Of a stretch of 64,000 nucleotides of DNA, positions 19,158 through 29,426 are shown piece by piece; the first letter of the stretch is position 1, and the number at the start of each line of letters is the position of its first letter. The stretch covers positions 2,784,001-2,848,000 of the forward strand of contig CAWCKH010000004.1 in NCBI GenBank assembly GCA_963796055.1. The letters are read 5' to 3'. Source of the stretch: an uncultured delta proteobacterium (GTDB lineage Bacteria; Myxococcota; Myxococcia; Myxococcales; Myxococcaceae). Made by a program: the position numbers and the translations under genes. Under the pieces are notes generated by a model. It was not told the DNA's origin. It ran no database searches and saw nothing but the letters and a program-made list of their open reading frames with translations.

Positions 19158-20915
19158 TCAGGCGGGCCCGTCGAGCGGCGCCCCGGCCCAGCGCTCGAAC
19201 GCGGCGCGCTGCGCATCGCTGGGGGACTCGACCGGAGCGAGCCAGCCTGCGTCCTCGGGACGACGCTCGAGGGTCACCGGCACCTCGAGCAGGAGCTCGC
19301 GCCGGAACACCGAGACCCGGAGCACGTCGCCCGGGATCCGATCGTCGGCCCGCGACACCAGCGCCGCAGCATCGCCCTTCATCCCATCGATGGCGATGAC
19401 CTCGTCGTCCGGGTAGAGCCCGGCCGCCTGCGCCGGAGACCCGTCGAGGACGCTACCGATGGCGTTGCCACGGGCGACGATGCCGGTCCAGCCGCGGGGG
19501 CGGGTGTCGCCCTCCTTGAGGCGCGGGGGCGTCCCGCCCTTGTCGCCCACCGACTCGCGGATGCGGGTGCGGAGGCGCAGGCCCACGTGCTCCAGCATCG
19601 AGGTGTCCAGCTCGTCGGTGCTGCGGAGCACACGATCGAAGAAGGGCTTGAGATCCAAGCCCGCCACCTCGGAGGCCGCGGCCTCGACGCCGTCCTCCGG
19701 AACGCCCTTCCCGTCCCCGTACCGGCTCCAGAGCAGCCGCAGCACGTCGTCCAGGCTTCGCGCGTCCCGGGTGCGGCGCCGGATCTCGAGGTCCAGGCAC
19801 AGCGCCGCCAGCTCGCCCTTCAGGTAGTACGAGACCGCGCTGTTGGGCGTGTGCTCGTCCTGCCGGTAGTACTTCACCCAGGCGGTGAGCGAGGCCTCCT
19901 CGAGCGTCTGCACCCGGCGCCCCGGCGTCGCGGCGAGTGCGGAGAACGCCTCGCCCAGACGGACCAGGTACCGCGCCGGGCTCATCCGGCCCGCGCGGCG
20001 CACCAGGAGATTGTCGTAGTACGAGGTGATGCCCTCGAAGGCCCAGAGCAGCCGGGTGTAATTCTCGCCGGCGTAGTCGAAGGGGACGAAGGCCCGGGGC
20101 TTCAGCCGCTTCACGTTCCAGAGGTGGAAGTACTCGTGCGAGGCGAGGGTGAGGAAGTCCTCCCAGCCCTTGGGGGTGGAGATCTGCGCCCGGGGGTAGA
20201 TGAGCGCGGTCGAGGCCGCGTGCTCCAGGCCACCGCGCCCCTTGTCCACCAGGTACAGCAGGAAGAGGTACCGCGGCATCGGGAGCCCGCCCCAGAGCGC
20301 GGCCTCGGCATCGCACACCGCGGCGAGATCGGCGGCGAGCTTGCTCGCGTCCACCGTGCCTCCCCAGACCACCACCTCGTGCGGCACGCCCCCCGCCTCG
20401 AAGCGGATGGGTCGGTGGGGGCCGACCTCCACCGGGCTGTCCACCAGGACGTCGTAGCTCGGCGCCTGCCACCCCCCGTCGGTGCGCTCCAGGGCGGTGA
20501 AGACGCTCCAGCCCGGCGGCGCGTCGACCGCGAGGTGGTGCGGCTTGTCGCGAAGCGCCTCGGCGTACAGGAACAGCGTGGCGCCGTTGAAGAAGCCGTG
20601 TGTCCCGTCGAGATGGCTGGTCCGCACGGTGAGCTCGTTGGCGTACACGCAGTAGCGAACCCGCACCGGCCGGCCATGGGACCGCATCCTCCACGTTCGC
20701 TTGTCCACCCGCTCCACCGGCACGCGATCTCCGCGCTCGTCGGAGGCGGAGAGCTCCTGGACGTGCCGCGCGAACTCCCGGACGAGGTAGCTGCCCGGGG
20801 TCCAGACCGGCAAGAGGAGATCGAGCACGTCGGTGGCGGGGAACTGGGCCTCGACCTCGAACAGGTGCGAGTGGGGCCGACTCATCGAGACGCGGTAGCG
20901 AACCGCTTCGGGCAT
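19158..20915 (-). CDS. M61 glycyl aminopeptidase with C-terminal PDZ
   Basis: [36 protein letters not shown]. Confidence 0.93.
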   Translation of the reverse strand: MPEAVRYRVSMSRPHSHLFEVEAQFPATDVLDLLLPVWTPGSYLVREFARHVQELSASDERGDRVPVERVDKRTWRMRSHGRPVRVRYCVYANELTVRTSHLDGTHGFFNGATLFLYAEALRDKPHHLAVDAPPGWSVFTALERTDGGWQAPSYDVLVDSPVEVGPHRPIRFEAGGVPHEVVVWGGTVDASKLAADLAAVCDAEAALWGGLPMPRYLFLLYLVDKGRGGLEHAASTALIYPRAQISTPKGWEDFLTLASHEYFHLWNVKRLKPRAFVPFDYAGENYTRLLWAFEGITSYYDNLLVRRAGRMSPARYLVRLGEAFSALAATPGRRVQTLEEASLTAWVKYYRQDEHTPNSAVSYYLKGELAALCLDLEIRRRTRDARSLDDVLRLLWSRYGDGKGVPEDGVEAAASEVAGLDLKPFFDRVLRSTDELDTSMLEHVGLRLRTRIRESVGDKGGTPPRLKEGDTRPRGWTGIVARGNAIGSVLDGSPAQAAGLYPDDEVIAIDGMKGDAAALVSRADDRIPGDVLRVSVFRRELLLEVPVTLERRPEDAGWLAPVESPSDAQRAAFERWAGAPLDGPA

Positions 20916-20935
20916 GCGCCTCCCTCTAGCAGAAA

Positions 20936-22018
20936 CTAGCGGACCCACACCGCCGGCCGGGCCCTGCCGCCGACGGGGATGGTGGGCCACCGCGGGTCCA
21001 GGGTGACGACCTCCAGAGTGCCGTCGGGATGCACCAGCACCGTGTCCTCGGACTTGGCGCCGGGGAGCGACGGGTTCCAGGCGACCGCGCCCCCCGCGGG
21101 GACGGTGGAGCCGTCCGACGGTGTGGCCACGCGCTCGCGGGCCAGGTAGCCGGTGGGACCGCCCTGGTGGTGCTCTCGCCAGGCCTCGGGCCGGCCCACC
21201 CGCGCATACGCCGCCCGGATGTGCTCCAGCACCGTGCCCAGGGTCGCGCCCGGACGGCTCGCATCGAGTGCCGCGGCCTCGACCTCCAGGACGGCGGCAT
21301 CGGCGGTCAGGTCCTCGGCCGTCGGTGCGCCGAACGCGACCAGTCGCGTACAGCAGGCATAGAGCCCGGCGCGCCGGGCGCAGACGACCGCCATGGCCCG
21401 GCGCCCGAGCACCCGGTCCGAGGCGGTGGGATGCCGCCACCGCCACAGCCGCCCGGCATCTCCGACCAGGACCAGCGCCGGGTCCATCCCCTGATCGACC
21501 AGGCCGGCATGGATGGACGCCGAGAGCCGATGCCCGGTCCAGGTCGGCTCGGCAACCGCGAGCGCGTCGGTGAGCACTGCCGCAGCCTCGGTCCCGAGCG
21601 CCCGGAGGCGGTCCTGCTCCTCGGGCAGGAGCGCCCACCGGCTCCGCACGAAGTCCTCGGGGAGCGGTCGCTCCTCCGGCGCTGGGCGGTCCGAGGCGAT
21701 GGGCCCCTCGCCGGCGCGCTCCCGCACCAGGCGCTCGCGGGCCTCCGGGCGCTCCCACGGATGGGCCACCACCGACCACGCCCCGGACACCTCCTCGGCG
21801 GCAATCCGCTCGGCCTCGATGGCGTCGGTCAGGACGAACGCCCCCCCGGCAGTGACCAGCAGCTCGGCGACCCCGGTCTCGGCGGCGAGCAGGACCCGGT
21901 TCGAGCCGCCGCACGTGGCCCAGGCGAACCAGTCGACGCCGCGCAGCCGGAGGGCTCCGAAGCCTCCGTTCCGGAGCACGGTCCGCATCCGCCCCAGCTT
22001 CGCCTCGAGCTCACCCAT
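20936..22018 (-). CDS. M24/creatinase-fold hydrolase
   Basis: HHQGGPTGY, AWNPS, KSEDT. Confidence 0.8.
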   Translation of the reverse strand: MGELEAKLGRMRTVLRNGGFGALRLRGVDWFAWATCGGSNRVLLAAETGVAELLVTAGGAFVLTDAIEAERIAAEEVSGAWSVVAHPWERPEARERLVRERAGEGPIASDRPAPEERPLPEDFVRSRWALLPEEQDRLRALGTEAAAVLTDALAVAEPTWTGHRLSASIHAGLVDQGMDPALVLVGDAGRLWRWRHPTASDRVLGRRAMAVVCARRAGLYACCTRLVAFGAPTAEDLTADAAVLEVEAAALDASRPGATLGTVLEHIRAAYARVGRPEAWREHHQGGPTGYLARERVATPSDGSTVPAGGAVAWNPSLPGAKSEDTVLVHPDGTLEVVTLDPRWPTIPVGGRARPAVWVR

Positions 22019-22112
22019 CGTCCCCGGGGGAGCGTCACATCTCCGGTGGGCCGGCGTCGAGCCGGCGCTGCGCCGGGGGTGCCCGCCGGCCGACACCCCG
22101 CGCCGGTCCGGC

Positions 22113-23573
22113 TCAGCGCGCTCGGAGGAGTATCGCCCCGAAGAAGCCGTCGGTGCCGTGGAGACCCGGGGAGAGTCGGAGGAAGTCGCCGGAGCTGACC
22201 CTGGCCCCGAGCTCCGGGCCGAGACGGTCCGCGGGCGGTACGGTGCGGAACTGGGGGTGGCGCTCGAGGAACCACCCCACCACCGCCTCGTTCTCTTCCT
22301 CGAGGAGGCTGCACGTGCCGTAGACCAGGCGGCCCCCGGGGCGGACCAGCGGGGCGAACTGGGCCAGCAGCAGATGCTGTCGCTCCACGTGCTGGGCGAG
22401 CATCTCCTCGGTGAGGCGGTAGCGCGCGTCGGGCTTGCGGCGGAAGGTCCCGGTGCCGCTGCATGGAGCATCGACCAGCACCCGGTCCGCCCGGTCGGTG
22501 AGGTCGGCGAGCGCCGTTGCGACCTCGGGACCGCTGGCAGGGAGCGTCCGGATGCGGGCGTTGTGCACCCCGGCGCGGCGGGCACGCCGCTTCAGCTCCT
22601 CCAGCCGGCGGGCATCGACGTCCAGGGCGAAGAGCTCGCCGCGGTTGCGCATCTGTGCCGCGAGCTGGAGCGTCTTCCCACCGGCGCCCGCGCACGCGTC
22701 CACCACCCGGGTGGGCGGCGCGTCGACCAGGAGCCCCAGGAGCTGGCTGCCTTCGTCCTGCAGCTCGAACAGCCCCTCGCGGAAGCTGGGGAGGGCGAAG
22801 GCGTTCAACCGGGTCTCGAGGAACAGGCCGAGCGGCGAGAGCGGGGTCTCCCGCGCCTCGACACCCTCGGTGCGGAGCCTTTCCTGGAGCTCCTCGCGGG
22901 TGGTCTTCAGCAGATTGACCCGGGCGGTGAGCGGGGCGCGCTCGTTCATCGCCGCCGCCTCGGCCTCGGCGCGCTCACCGAACTGACGGAGAAGTCTCAC
23001 GGCGAGAAAGTCCGGGAGCGAGGCGTCCAGGGCGAAGCGCTCGGGGCGGGGAAGGGCCTGGAGCGCGGCGGCAGCCGCGGGCAGGGCCTCGAGCAGCCTC
23101 GACTCGTCGGGACGGAGCCCGCTGGTCCGGGCCACGCGCTCGGCGGACTCGCCGTGGAGCACGCGCGAGGTGGTCAGCCGGAGCAGGTCCTGCTCGGTGG
23201 TGGAGCGGCGGGCGAGCTGCGCCCCCGTCCGATCGAGCAGCGCGTCGACCGTCCGCTGGCGACGGAGCAGGGCGTAGACCCGCTCGGCGACCGCCCGGCG
23301 CTCGTTCGAGTAGAGATGGCGCTTCACCCGGAGGACGTGGTCGAGCGCGCGATCGGCGAGCCAACCCTCGTGGCGGACGGCGCCGTACGCCTCCAGCCCG
23401 GCCTGGGTGACGAGATCCTCGCGGAGCGGTCGGTCGGGAAGCTCGCCCCGGCCGGCCGACCCGGCGGCGTCGCGTCCAGGCCGGCGCTGCGCCGCAAGTT
23501 TCCCGGCCCGGACCTGCCCACCGGAGGCGGGCGGGCGACGCTCGCCTCGTCGGCCGGGAGATGGGCGCGGCAC
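22113..23573 (-). CDS. RsmB/NOP2-family RNA m5C methyltransferase
   Basis: QDEGSQ, DACAGAGGKT, LVDAPCSGTG, YGTCS, TDGFF; start uncertain. Confidence 0.9.
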   Translation of the reverse strand: MPRPSPGRRGERRPPASGGQVRAGKLAAQRRPGRDAAGSAGRGELPDRPLREDLVTQAGLEAYGAVRHEGWLADRALDHVLRVKRHLYSNERRAVAERVYALLRRQRTVDALLDRTGAQLARRSTTEQDLLRLTTSRVLHGESAERVARTSGLRPDESRLLEALPAAAAALQALPRPERFALDASLPDFLAVRLLRQFGERAEAEAAAMNERAPLTARVNLLKTTREELQERLRTEGVEARETPLSPLGLFLETRLNAFALPSFREGLFELQDEGSQLLGLLVDAPPTRVVDACAGAGGKTLQLAAQMRNRGELFALDVDARRLEELKRRARRAGVHNARIRTLPASGPEVATALADLTDRADRVLVDAPCSGTGTFRRKPDARYRLTEEMLAQHVERQHLLLAQFAPLVRPGGRLVYGTCSLLEEENEAVVGWFLERHPQFRTVPPADRLGPELGARVSSGDFLRLSPGLHGTDGFFGAILLRAR

Positions 23574-23578
23574 GGGCG

Positions 23579-23910
23579 TCAGTACCTGGGCATGCGGGGG
23601 TCCACGTCCACCGCCCAGGCCTCGATGCCCCCCGCAGCGAGGCCGCGGGAATGCCCACCGAGTCGAGGAAGGCGGCAGCGTGGTAGCTGCGGACGCCCAG
23701 GTGGCAGAGGACCACCAGGGGCTGGCCGGCCACCTCGCGCAGCTCGTCGACGCGCGCCGGAAGCTCGTGGAGCGGCACGTGGAGCGAGCCGGGGATGGAT
23801 GCCACGCGCAGCTCCTCCGCGTCTCGTACGTCGACGATGACCGGACGCTCGACCTCGGGGCCCTGGAGCGCCCGGGCCAGCTCGCGCGCGCTCACCTCAC
23901 GCACGGGCAT
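23579..23910 (-). CDS. Rhodanese-like protein (homopolymer frameshift at 23628-23633)
   Basis: DVR, CHLGVRS; adding one G restores LRGGIEAWAVDVDPRMPRY*. Confidence 0.82.
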
Positions 23911-25063
23911 CGGGCACCTCGCAGCCGGGGAGCCCGTCCGACAGGGTGATGGTCGCACCCGGACGGCAGGTGGGACAGCCCGGGTCGCGCCGCAGCGACA
24001 GCTCGGAGAACCGCGTCCCCAGCGCGTCGAAGGTCAGCAGCCGGCCCACCAGGGGCGTTCCGATGCCGAGCAGCAGCTTCAGCACCTCGTTCGCCTGCAC
24101 CAGCCCGATGAGCCCCGGCAGCACCCCGAGCACCCCGGCCTCGGCGCACGACGGGGCCAGCTCCGGAGGCGGCGGTGTGGGGTACAGGCAGCGGTAGCAG
24201 GGACCGACCCCCGGCAGCAAGGTCGTCGCCTGGCCCTCGAAGCGGTACACGCTGCCGTGCACCAGGGGGATTCCCTCCTGCACGCAGGCGTCGTTGAGCA
24301 GGTAGCGGGTGGGGAAGTTGTCTCCGCCGTCCACCACCACCTCGAAGTCGCGCACGATGCGCACCACGTTGGCGGCGGTGAGCCGCTCGGCGAAGGTGAG
24401 AACTCTCAGGTCGGGGTTGAGCGCGGTGAGCGCCTCCCGCGCGCTGTCGGTCTTCGGCCGGCCGGCGTCGGCGGTGCGGTGCAGGACCTGGCGCTGCAGA
24501 TTGCTCACCTCGACCACGTCGGAGTCGACGATGCCCAGGGTGCCCACCCCCGCGGCGGCGAGGTACAGCGCCGCCGGGGAGCCCAGCCCACCCGCTCCGA
24601 GCACCAGCACCCGCGAGCCGAAGAGCCGTGCCTGCCCGGCCTCGCCCACCTCGGGCAAGGTGGTGTGGCGCCGGTACCGGGCCTTCTGGTCGGCGCGGAG
24701 CTGGATGGGTTTTGCCCGAGGAAAGCCGAGATCGCTCCACCGCCCGAACCCGCCCGCCAGTGAGGACACCCGGGCGTACCCGAGCTCGAGCAGGGTGCGT
24801 CCGGCGAGCAGCGAGCGAACGCCGCTGGCGCAGTACACCACCACCTCCCGCTCGCGGCTCACCATCCGCTCGATGCCGAGCTCGAGGTTCCCGCGCGGCA
24901 CCAGCAGCGCGCCGGGGAGATGACCCTCGGCGGTCTCGTCCGGCTCGCGCACGTCGAGCAGGACCGGCACCTCGGAGGTCCCCAGCCGTGCGGCGACCGT
25001 CTCGGGGCTGACCTCCGGGACGACGGCGCGGGCCTGCTCGAGCAGCTGACGGAAGGTGGGCAT
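23897..25063 (-). CDS. moeB: Rhodanese-MoeB/ThiF adenylyltransferase (MoeZ-like, N-terminal rhodanese)
   Basis: CASGVRS; GAGGLGSP, SNLQRQ, CYRC, SCAEAGVLG, CPTC. Confidence 0.92.
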   Translation of the reverse strand: MPTFRQLLEQARAVVPEVSPETVAARLGTSEVPVLLDVREPDETAEGHLPGALLVPRGNLELGIERMVSREREVVVYCASGVRSLLAGRTLLELGYARVSSLAGGFGRWSDLGFPRAKPIQLRADQKARYRRHTTLPEVGEAGQARLFGSRVLVLGAGGLGSPAALYLAAAGVGTLGIVDSDVVEVSNLQRQVLHRTADAGRPKTDSAREALTALNPDLRVLTFAERLTAANVVRIVRDFEVVVDGGDNFPTRYLLNDACVQEGIPLVHGSVYRFEGQATTLLPGVGPCYRCLYPTPPPPELAPSCAEAGVLGVLPGLIGLVQANEVLKLLLGIGTPLVGRLLTFDALGTRFSELSLRRDPGCPTCRPGATITLSDGLPGCEVPDARA

Positions 25064-25119
25064 CGGGGGTCGAGTGCGTATAACAGACCCGGCGGCAACG
25101 GCCAGGAGGCCTGGGGAGA

Positions 25120-25863
25120 ATGACGCTCGACGGACGGGTGGTGCTGGTGACCGGGGGAGCCATCCGGCTCGGGCGGGCCATTGTCCAGGCGCTCGCCGCG
25201 GAGGGCGCCACCCTCGCCGTACACCACCACGGCTCGGGCGAGGCAGCCGAAGCGCTGGTGTCCGAGCTCCGGAGCGCGGGCCGGCGTGCGCAGGCCTTCC
25301 GGGCCGACCTCACCGACGACGCCCAGCTGGCGTCCCTGGTGCCCGAGGTGGAGCGCGCGCTGGGGCCGGTCCAGGTCCTGGTGAACAGCGCCGCGCGGTT
25401 CACGCGCGCGGCATTTCTCGACACCGACGCGGCGATGCTCGACGCCGAGTGGCGGCTCAACGCCCGGGCCCCCTTCCTGCTCACCCGCGCGGCGGCGCGG
25501 GGGATGGTGGAGCGGCGGGAAGGGGTGGTGGTCAACGTGCTCGACATCGGCGGCGCGCTGGTCCCCTGGCCCTCGTACTCCGCGTACTGCATGAGCAAGG
25601 CGGCGCTGCACATGCTGACTCAGGTACTGGCCCTCGAGCTCGCCCCCCACGTCCGGGTGAACGGGGTGGCGCCGGGCACCGTACTCCCACCCGAGTCGCT
25701 CGGGCCGGAGGAGCGCGAGCAGCTCCGTCGCCGCGTCCCCCTGCAGCGCTTCGGCACGCCCCGGGACGTCGCCGACACCGTGCGCTTCCTGGTGAACGGT
25801 CCGGATTTCATCACCGGACAGGTGGTGGCGGTGGACGGGGGCCGGGTGCGGGGGAGTCGCTGA
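25120..25863 (+). CDS. SDR oxidoreductase, pteridine reductase/FolM-like
   Basis: TGGAIRLG, VNSA, YCMSK. Confidence 0.85.
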   Translation: MTLDGRVVLVTGGAIRLGRAIVQALAAEGATLAVHHHGSGEAAEALVSELRSAGRRAQAFRADLTDDAQLASLVPEVERALGPVQVLVNSAARFTRAAFLDTDAAMLDAEWRLNARAPFLLTRAAARGMVERREGVVVNVLDIGGALVPWPSYSAYCMSKAALHMLTQVLALELAPHVRVNGVAPGTVLPPESLGPEEREQLRRRVPLQRFGTPRDVADTVRFLVNGPDFITGQVVAVDGGRVRGSR

Positions 25864-25921
25864 GGCCCCGTTCTCCGGCCCGCCCGTGGAAACCCCGTCC
25901 CGGCGTGGATATACAGGAGGC

Positions 25922-26302
25922 ATGGATACCTCCACCGCCACCCCTGCGGCCCCCGCCCCCGCCGCGACTCCGGCCTTCCCGCTGAAGCTCACCGCCCGGG
26001 CGGTCGAGCAGGTGAAGGCGGTGCAGAAGCAGCAGGGCTTCGAGGGCTACTACCTGTCGGTCCGGGTCGTCCCGGCCGGCTGCAGCGGCTTCGGCTACGA
26101 CCTGAATCTGGTCAAGGACATCTCGGCGAACGACGTGGTCGGCGAGCAGGACGGCATCCGGCTGGTCACCGACGCGCTCAGCCAGCAGTACCTGGCCGGT
26201 ACCGAGGTGGACTACGTGGTCGGAACCACCGCGGCGGGGTTCAAGTTCGAGAACCCCAACGCCAAGAGCACGTGCGGCTGCGGCACGTCCTTCTCCACCT
26301 AG
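25922..26302 (+). CDS. IscA/HesB Fe-S cluster assembly accessory protein
   Basis: GCSGFGY, NPNAKSTCGCGTSF. Confidence 0.93.
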   Translation: MDTSTATPAAPAPAATPAFPLKLTARAVEQVKAVQKQQGFEGYYLSVRVVPAGCSGFGYDLNLVKDISANDVVGEQDGIRLVTDALSQQYLAGTEVDYVVGTTAAGFKFENPNAKSTCGCGTSFST

Positions 26303-26417
26303 TCTCGATCCACTCCAGCACCCGTCCGCCAAAGGCGGCGTTCAAGGGGTTGGCGTCGGAGGGGAGGATCATCTGCGTCATGACCGCGATGCTCTCTCTG
26401 GGGCTCTTGGGCTCCAT
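26303..26417 (-). pseudogene. Truncated acyl-CoA thioesterase (hotdog, YciA-like), only about 37 N-terminal codons
   Basis: MTQMILPSDANPLNAAFGGRVLEWI, then runs into antisense of the iscA-like gene. Confidence 0.78.
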
Positions 26418-26431
26418 GGTGGAGGGGCTCT

Positions 26432-27226
26432 CTACCCCAGCACGTCGCGGAGCAGATCCGGTCTGTCGGTCATGATGCCTCCGACGCCGATCGCCACCAG
26501 CGCGCGCATGGTTTCCGGCTCGTCGATGGTCCAGACGTTCACCCAGCGCCCCAGCCGCGTGGTGGCCTCGAGGAACGGCGGATCCACCAGGCGGACCTCG
26601 CCGTAGTCCAGCGGCATGTCCAGGACCTGATATCGCGGATCGTCGGGCGGCTCGGCGCCGGACTTGATGGCCAGCACCAGCTGGGTGAGCGCATCGCGGG
26701 GATAGAAGGCGCAGACCTCGGGGGCCGCCTCGACCAGGCGCTCGGCCAGGGAGTCCAGCTCGCTCCCGACGCACACCCGCTGCGTGGCCCGCTCGGCCCG
26801 GAGCAGGCCGGCGATCGCCGCCTCTGCCCCGGGCGCCTCGGCCTTGAGCTCCACGTTGAGCCGGAGCGCGGGGAAGGCGCGGAGCACCTCGCGGAAGGTG
26901 GGGATCCGCACGCCCTGTCCACGGAAGGGGTAGGTGCGTCCGGCGTCGGTGGTGAAGTGGAACCCGGCGTCGAGCCGCCGGAGCTGGGCGAGGGTGTGGT
27001 CGGCGATGCGCCCGTCGCCATCGGTGCAGCGCTGCAGGGTCGGGTCGTGGGAAACCACCAGCTCGCCGTCGCGCGTGGCATGCACGTCCAGCTCGAGCAT
27101 GTCGGTGCGCCAGCGCTCCACCGCGGCGCCGAACGCGGCCAGGGTGTTCTCGGGAGCGAGCAGCGCGCCGCCGCGGTGGGCGATGTGCAGCGTGGGGCGG
27201 AGTCCCTCGAGGAAGGGGTGGCGCAT
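26432..27226 (-). CDS. Glycerophosphodiester phosphodiesterase
   Basis: IAHRGG, PENT, ELDV, HD, NVELK, WTID, GIMTDRP. Confidence 0.93.
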   Translation of the reverse strand: MRHPFLEGLRPTLHIAHRGGALLAPENTLAAFGAAVERWRTDMLELDVHATRDGELVVSHDPTLQRCTDGDGRIADHTLAQLRRLDAGFHFTTDAGRTYPFRGQGVRIPTFREVLRAFPALRLNVELKAEAPGAEAAIAGLLRAERATQRVCVGSELDSLAERLVEAAPEVCAFYPRDALTQLVLAIKSGAEPPDDPRYQVLDMPLDYGEVRLVDPPFLEATTRLGRWVNVWTIDEPETMRALVAIGVGGIMTDRPDLLRDVLG

Positions 27227-27380
27227 GGGGGAAGGGAGTGTCCGCGCGGGATGGACACCACACAAGCGCCTGGAATGACGGCCGACGCTCCGTCCCGGTC
27301 CGGGCCAGCGGTGCCTGCATGTCACGTCTCGTCACGTCTAACCCGTTGAATTGATGAACGAAATGAACGGAATCCTCCGT

Positions 27381-27410
27381 TTGGCACCCTCCCGGGGCGG
27401 AACGTACAAT
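27381..27410 (+). promoter_or_regulatory. Sigma70-type promoter
   Basis: TTGGCA-N18-TACAAT ending 10 nt before ATG 27421. Confidence 0.5.
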
Positions 27411-27420
27411 CGCCGGCGGG

Positions 27421-28221
27421 ATGGCAGGTCCGCGGAAGGCAAAAAACATCGTCAAGAAAGGGACTTACACCTCTGCCCGGCTCGTGGTGGCCCGGAACCG
27501 GCTGCCCGAGCCGCAGCGGTTGCTGCGGGTGTGGAGGCGCGTGCTCGAGCGGCGGCTCCGCGCGCGGCTCCGGGCCGAGGTGACCGTCGAGGTGCACGAC
27601 AACACCCACACCATGGTGACGTTCGAGCGGGTCCGGCGTGGGTGGCGGATCCGGGTCCATCACATGTTCCTGGCCGCGCCCGAGGAGGTCGTGACCGCGC
27701 TGGCGGAATTCGTGCGCTCGGCGGACGCGCGGAGCTCGGCCGTGCTCGACCGGTTCATCGAGCGGAGCAAGGCCTTCATCCGTCGCGTCTCGCCGGCGCA
27801 GCTCCGGCGCCGGCTGCGCATCGAGCCGGTGGGTCGCCACCACGACCTGTCCACCATCTTCGCCGGGCTCAACCGGCGCTACTTCGCCGGCCGGATCGCC
27901 GCCACCATCACCTTCGGTCCGGCGCCTCGAAGCCGCCGCCCGCGAAAGAGCATCAAGATGGGCAGCTACTCCGCGGACTCGCGCGTCATCCGGATCCACC
28001 CTGCGCTCGATCAGCCGAAGGTGCCGCGGTACTTCGTGGAGTGGATCGTGTTCCACGAGATGCTGCACCACGTGTACCGCGCCCGCCGCGGAGACGACGG
28101 GCGCCGCTGCGTGCACCCCCCGGAGTTCGTGGACCACGAGCGCCGGTTCCACGACTTCCATCGGGCCCAGGCCTGGGAGAACGAGAACCTCGACCTGTTG
28201 CTCCGCGCCCGGGTCGGATAG
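27421..28221 (+). CDS. SprT/YgjP-like zinc metalloprotease
   Basis: LNRRYF, MGSY, IRIHPALD, FHEMLH, HPPEF. Confidence 0.75.
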   Translation: MAGPRKAKNIVKKGTYTSARLVVARNRLPEPQRLLRVWRRVLERRLRARLRAEVTVEVHDNTHTMVTFERVRRGWRIRVHHMFLAAPEEVVTALAEFVRSADARSSAVLDRFIERSKAFIRRVSPAQLRRRLRIEPVGRHHDLSTIFAGLNRRYFAGRIAATITFGPAPRSRRPRKSIKMGSYSADSRVIRIHPALDQPKVPRYFVEWIVFHEMLHHVYRARRGDDGRRCVHPPEFVDHERRFHDFHRAQAWENENLDLLLRARVG

Positions 28222-28229
28222 AGGCCACC

Positions 28230-29426
28230 TCAGGGAAGGATGAGCCCGCCCGGGCTTCGCCGCTCGCCCGGGGGAGCCCCGGGGCCGGTGGCGTCGCCGC
28301 CGCGCTCTTCGCCCGTGGCCGGCGCGCCGGATCCGCGCGCTCCGGGCTGCCGCCCCATCAGGGCCAGCACCTTGCCGAAGAGCTGCTCGGCGAACGGAGG
28401 GAAGAGGCCGGGGCTGCCGTGGAACAGTCGCCGCGCGGTCGCCCGCGCGACTCTGGCCAGGTGCTCGGCGCCACGCCGCTCCAGCGCCTCGGCCACGGTC
28501 CACAGCCGCCGCGCGTACAGCCGCCGGTGAGGCGGATCGAAGAACTCCTCGGCCTGGCTCCGGATGCGCTCGCGGAGGGCCTCCGCCTGCTGCTCCGGGC
28601 TCAGCGCCAGCGGGCTGGTGCGCAGCTCGTCCACGCGCAGCGCGAGCCGCTTCAGCTCGGACTCGGGTGGGAGCCACCCGGCGAGCTCGGGCTCGCGGTG
28701 CAGCGCCCCGCTCTCCACCGTCAGGGCCGCATCGCTGTCCTCGGGGGGCGGCAGCGGAGGCAGCTCGCCGGTTGCCACCTCCACCCCGAGGTGACGGAGG
28801 GCGACGTCGCTGTCGGTGGGGAAGGGGGTATGGCTGGCGAGGTTGCGCCGCACCGCCTCGGCGAGGAGCGCGCGCGCGTCCCCGGCGGACAGCGGCAGCA
28901 GCCGCTCCATCTCCAGGGTCCGGGCGAGCTTCCGCCAGGCGCTGCGGCTCATCTCGGCGAGGCTGATCGAGAGCAGGCCCAGCTCGTCGGAGACCAGCGC
29001 CTCCGCCACCTCCACTCCACCGCGCACCGGGCGGGCGATCAGCAGGGCCCGCTGTCCGGTTCCGTCGGGCAGGCTGGCGAAGGCCTGCAGCGCCTCGGGG
29101 GCAGCGGGGGCGGCCGGAGGTGGCGCCTCGGGTGCGCGGCCGCGCTCGGCCACCTGGACCCCTGCGGAACGCAGCTGGTAGAGCGCCCGCCGCGCCGCCT
29201 TGGCCACCTCGCGATCGGGGTGCATCGCCAGCTTCTCGGCGGGGGCCGCCCGCCGCAATGCCACCGCGGCCTCGAGCACCGCCAGCGCCAGCTCCGCCGG
29301 AAGGTCCGTTCCGTCCGCATCCCCACCCTCGAGCAGCGCCCGGGCACGCTCCCAGTCCTCGCCCAGCACGCTCTCGGGTGCGCTCTCTCCGGCGCGCAGC
29401 GCCTCGGCCAGCTCGTCGACGTTCAT
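28230..29426 (-). CDS. Hypothetical alpha-helical protein
   Basis: ATGA overlap with upstream gene, coding-like composition, ends SPGGLILP. Confidence 0.7.
   Translation of the reverse strand: MNVDELAEALRAGESAPESVLGEDWERARALLEGGDADGTDLPAELALAVLEAAVALRRAAPAEKLAMHPDREVAKAARRALYQLRSAGVQVAERGRAPEAPPPAAPAAPEALQAFASLPDGTGQRALLIARPVRGGVEVAEALVSDELGLLSISLAEMSRSAWRKLARTLEMERLLPLSAGDARALLAEAVRRNLASHTPFPTDSDVALRHLGVEVATGELPPLPPPEDSDAALTVESGALHREPELAGWLPPESELKRLALRVDELRTSPLALSPEQQAEALRERIRSQAEEFFDPPHRRLYARRLWTVAEALERRGAEHLARVARATARRLFHGSPGLFPPFAEQLFGKVLALMGRQPGARGSGAPATGEERGGDATGPGAPPGERRSPGGLILP

Noticed and set aside
23628..23633. Programmed frameshift or phase variation in the rhodanese gene
   Set aside because: A short C6 run with similar indels elsewhere; sequencing error is more parsimonious.
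22113..25063. moeB-rhodanese-rsmB as a novel ubiquitin-like or defence system
   Set aside because: No E2, JAMM or ubiquitin-like gene is adjacent; consistent with ordinary sulfur-relay housekeeping.
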